A stretch of 64,000 nt of DNA, from NCBI GenBank assembly GCA_965153285.1, contig OZ229117.1, one strand, 5' to 3'. Shown here one piece after another: positions 62,347-64,000 of this stretch (its first letter is position 1; the number at the start of each line of letters is the position of its first letter). The notes under the pieces were generated by a model. That model had not been told where the DNA came from, made no database searches, and saw nothing but the letters and a program-made list of their open reading frames with translations. The position numbers were made by a program, and so were the translations under genes. The DNA comes from Podarcis tiliguerta (lineage: Eukaryota).

Positions 62347-64000
62347 CTGCAAGAAGGACAGGGAGACAGAGACATCACCTCCTCTTCACCCACCAGCCCC
62401 CAGGTCCAGCCTCAAAGCTCTGGCCTACTTCTGGAGGTAGCCCCTAAACAGATGTGGCGTCTCAAATCTGTATATTTCCTGACTATGGTGAAACTGGGTA
62501 ACCTAAACTGGAGCACTGAGAGGTCCTCTAGGTAGAGAAAATGCCAGTCTAGAAACAAGCAAACCTTCCTAGATTTTACTGCTGCAAGTGATGTCTCCCG
62601 ATATCTTCAGTGACTGGTGGTCTCTGCTGAATAAACACTACCTGGGCATAGAGCAGAGTCCAACCTGGTGTCACAGATTTCTATCAAAGAGCCTGTCATG
62701 TCCTCAATAAATGGCAATTTCTCATCTTCTATTGTTCAGACACGAAATTAAATTCTGTTTAAACCAGTTTGTTTATAGCATGATGCAACCGTATCCAGAC
62801 TTACTGAATAGCTCCCAAGAACCAAAAGCAACCATTTTGTGAGTCCTCTGACCTGTACGAGAGAAGTTTAAAATACTCAGAAGGTTGTGAAGAAACACAC
62901 CCAAGTTGGTTTGCCAAACGCTATGAGGGGCTATTTTTTGTTCAATCTACAAGCTATTTTTGGAGCCTTTTTGCCTGAAGAGCAGGTTAAATGACTTTTT
63001 AAATAAGTAAACACTGGTCTTTGACCCTGTTGTCCAGGATTTGTCATTCTGATGAACTATGATGTTGGCTCTGAAGCTCTCAGTCCCTATTGTTATGATA
63101 GAGGGAAGCTCAGTTTCATGCTTGCTTAATTTTTATGGATGTTCACATGTGATAAAATCGATGATTTCAGACAAGTAGCACCATGACTGCATATATTGCA
63201 AAGGTCTATAAAAGTGTGAGGGCCACTGTTAATATCTGTGGCCGGCCCTCCAGGAGCCACTGAGCCTACATCAGCCCTGGTGACATTTCTGTCCATGTCT
63301 GCATTCCGAAAGCAGTGATATTGGCCAGATATGTCATATCACTGGTCACTGTGGAAAGCAACAAACTGTATTTATGTCTTTTCTGGTCTGCATGTTGTGC
63401 ACTGAATGCCTTATACTTTGTATACCGCTTTGGAATTTTTAAATATTAAGCAGCTTACAAGTAATTTAAACTCAATCTATCAATAATAACTACATTTGTA
63501 AACAGGGCTAAGCCAAAACCTTCATTGTTTTTCAGGATCATCTTCTGCATAACTTAACATGCCCACCATGCTATTTCAATATTGCTTGCAATAATGCCCA
63601 CCCCCTTCTCTTTGTACTGCCCTTCCTTGCCTACTCCCTCAACTGACTTCATTTGACTTCGCAGATGTCATCATGGAACCAAGCCTTATTTCACCCCATA
63701 GTCCCCAACTGCTACCAATTCATGAAGTAGTATGAGGCAATAAAGTGGGTGGAGGATGTCACAACTGTCCCCATCTCCACTCCAAGGAGCATCTCGCTCT
63801 TTTCCTTAAGCGCCTGTGTTGGCTCCCACCAAGGATGCAAGCTCTCCATCCCCTTCTCTTCACTTCCTATGAAATATTCCTCTTTTTGACCTCTTAGTCC
63901 AAGTTATCCTTTACCTCTGCCTTCTTCTCCCTACTCTGCCTTTGCAGCTTTGACTATGCCATTCTACAGCATCTGGAACAGCAGCCTCCTCACTCTCAAT

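Noticed and set aside
62799-62820. Possible 9-nt MTSS2 ELL-type microexon (AGCTATTCA|gtaagt on the minus strand)
   Set aside because: Good donor, but no AG acceptor in the required position
63914-63950. Minus-strand KLQRQSREKKAE|gtaaag resembling the upstream MTSS2 exon end (KLQKKARK)
   Set aside because: In-frame TAG just upstream and poor similarity; the true exon lies beyond the window

Overview
Eukaryotic (vertebrate) genomic DNA from a squamate reptile. The Sauria/Squam SINE types suggest a lacertid lizard. The window holds three spliced genes whose exons I traced by hand; every intron found is GT-AG. (1) COG4, minus strand, exons 1-14 (14837 down to 263); its 3' end lies left of the window. 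(2) Complete SF3B3, plus strand, 25 coding exons (17277-46467) summing to 3654 nt = 1217 aa + stop, head-to-head with COG4 across a CpG island. It hosts two SNORD111-family box C/D snoRNAs, in introns 3 and 6. (3) The 3' part of MTSS2 (MTSS1L/ABBA), minus strand, 8 exons (62346 down to 53090) plus a ~3.8 kb 3' UTR, converging on SF3B3. Introns carry a solo LTR, SINEs, hAT MITEs, and CR1, L1, L2 and RTE-type LINE fragments. Most notable: IL34, which lies between SF3B3 and MTSS2 in human (and, as I recall, chicken), is not recognisable in the ~2.3 kb gap; SF3B3 intron 11 holds two similar candidate poison exons; MTSS2 retains an MTSS1-like exon extension between alternative donors; and a solo LTR sits in sense orientation in COG4 intron 1. 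Comparisons to human proteins are from memory, not from database searches.
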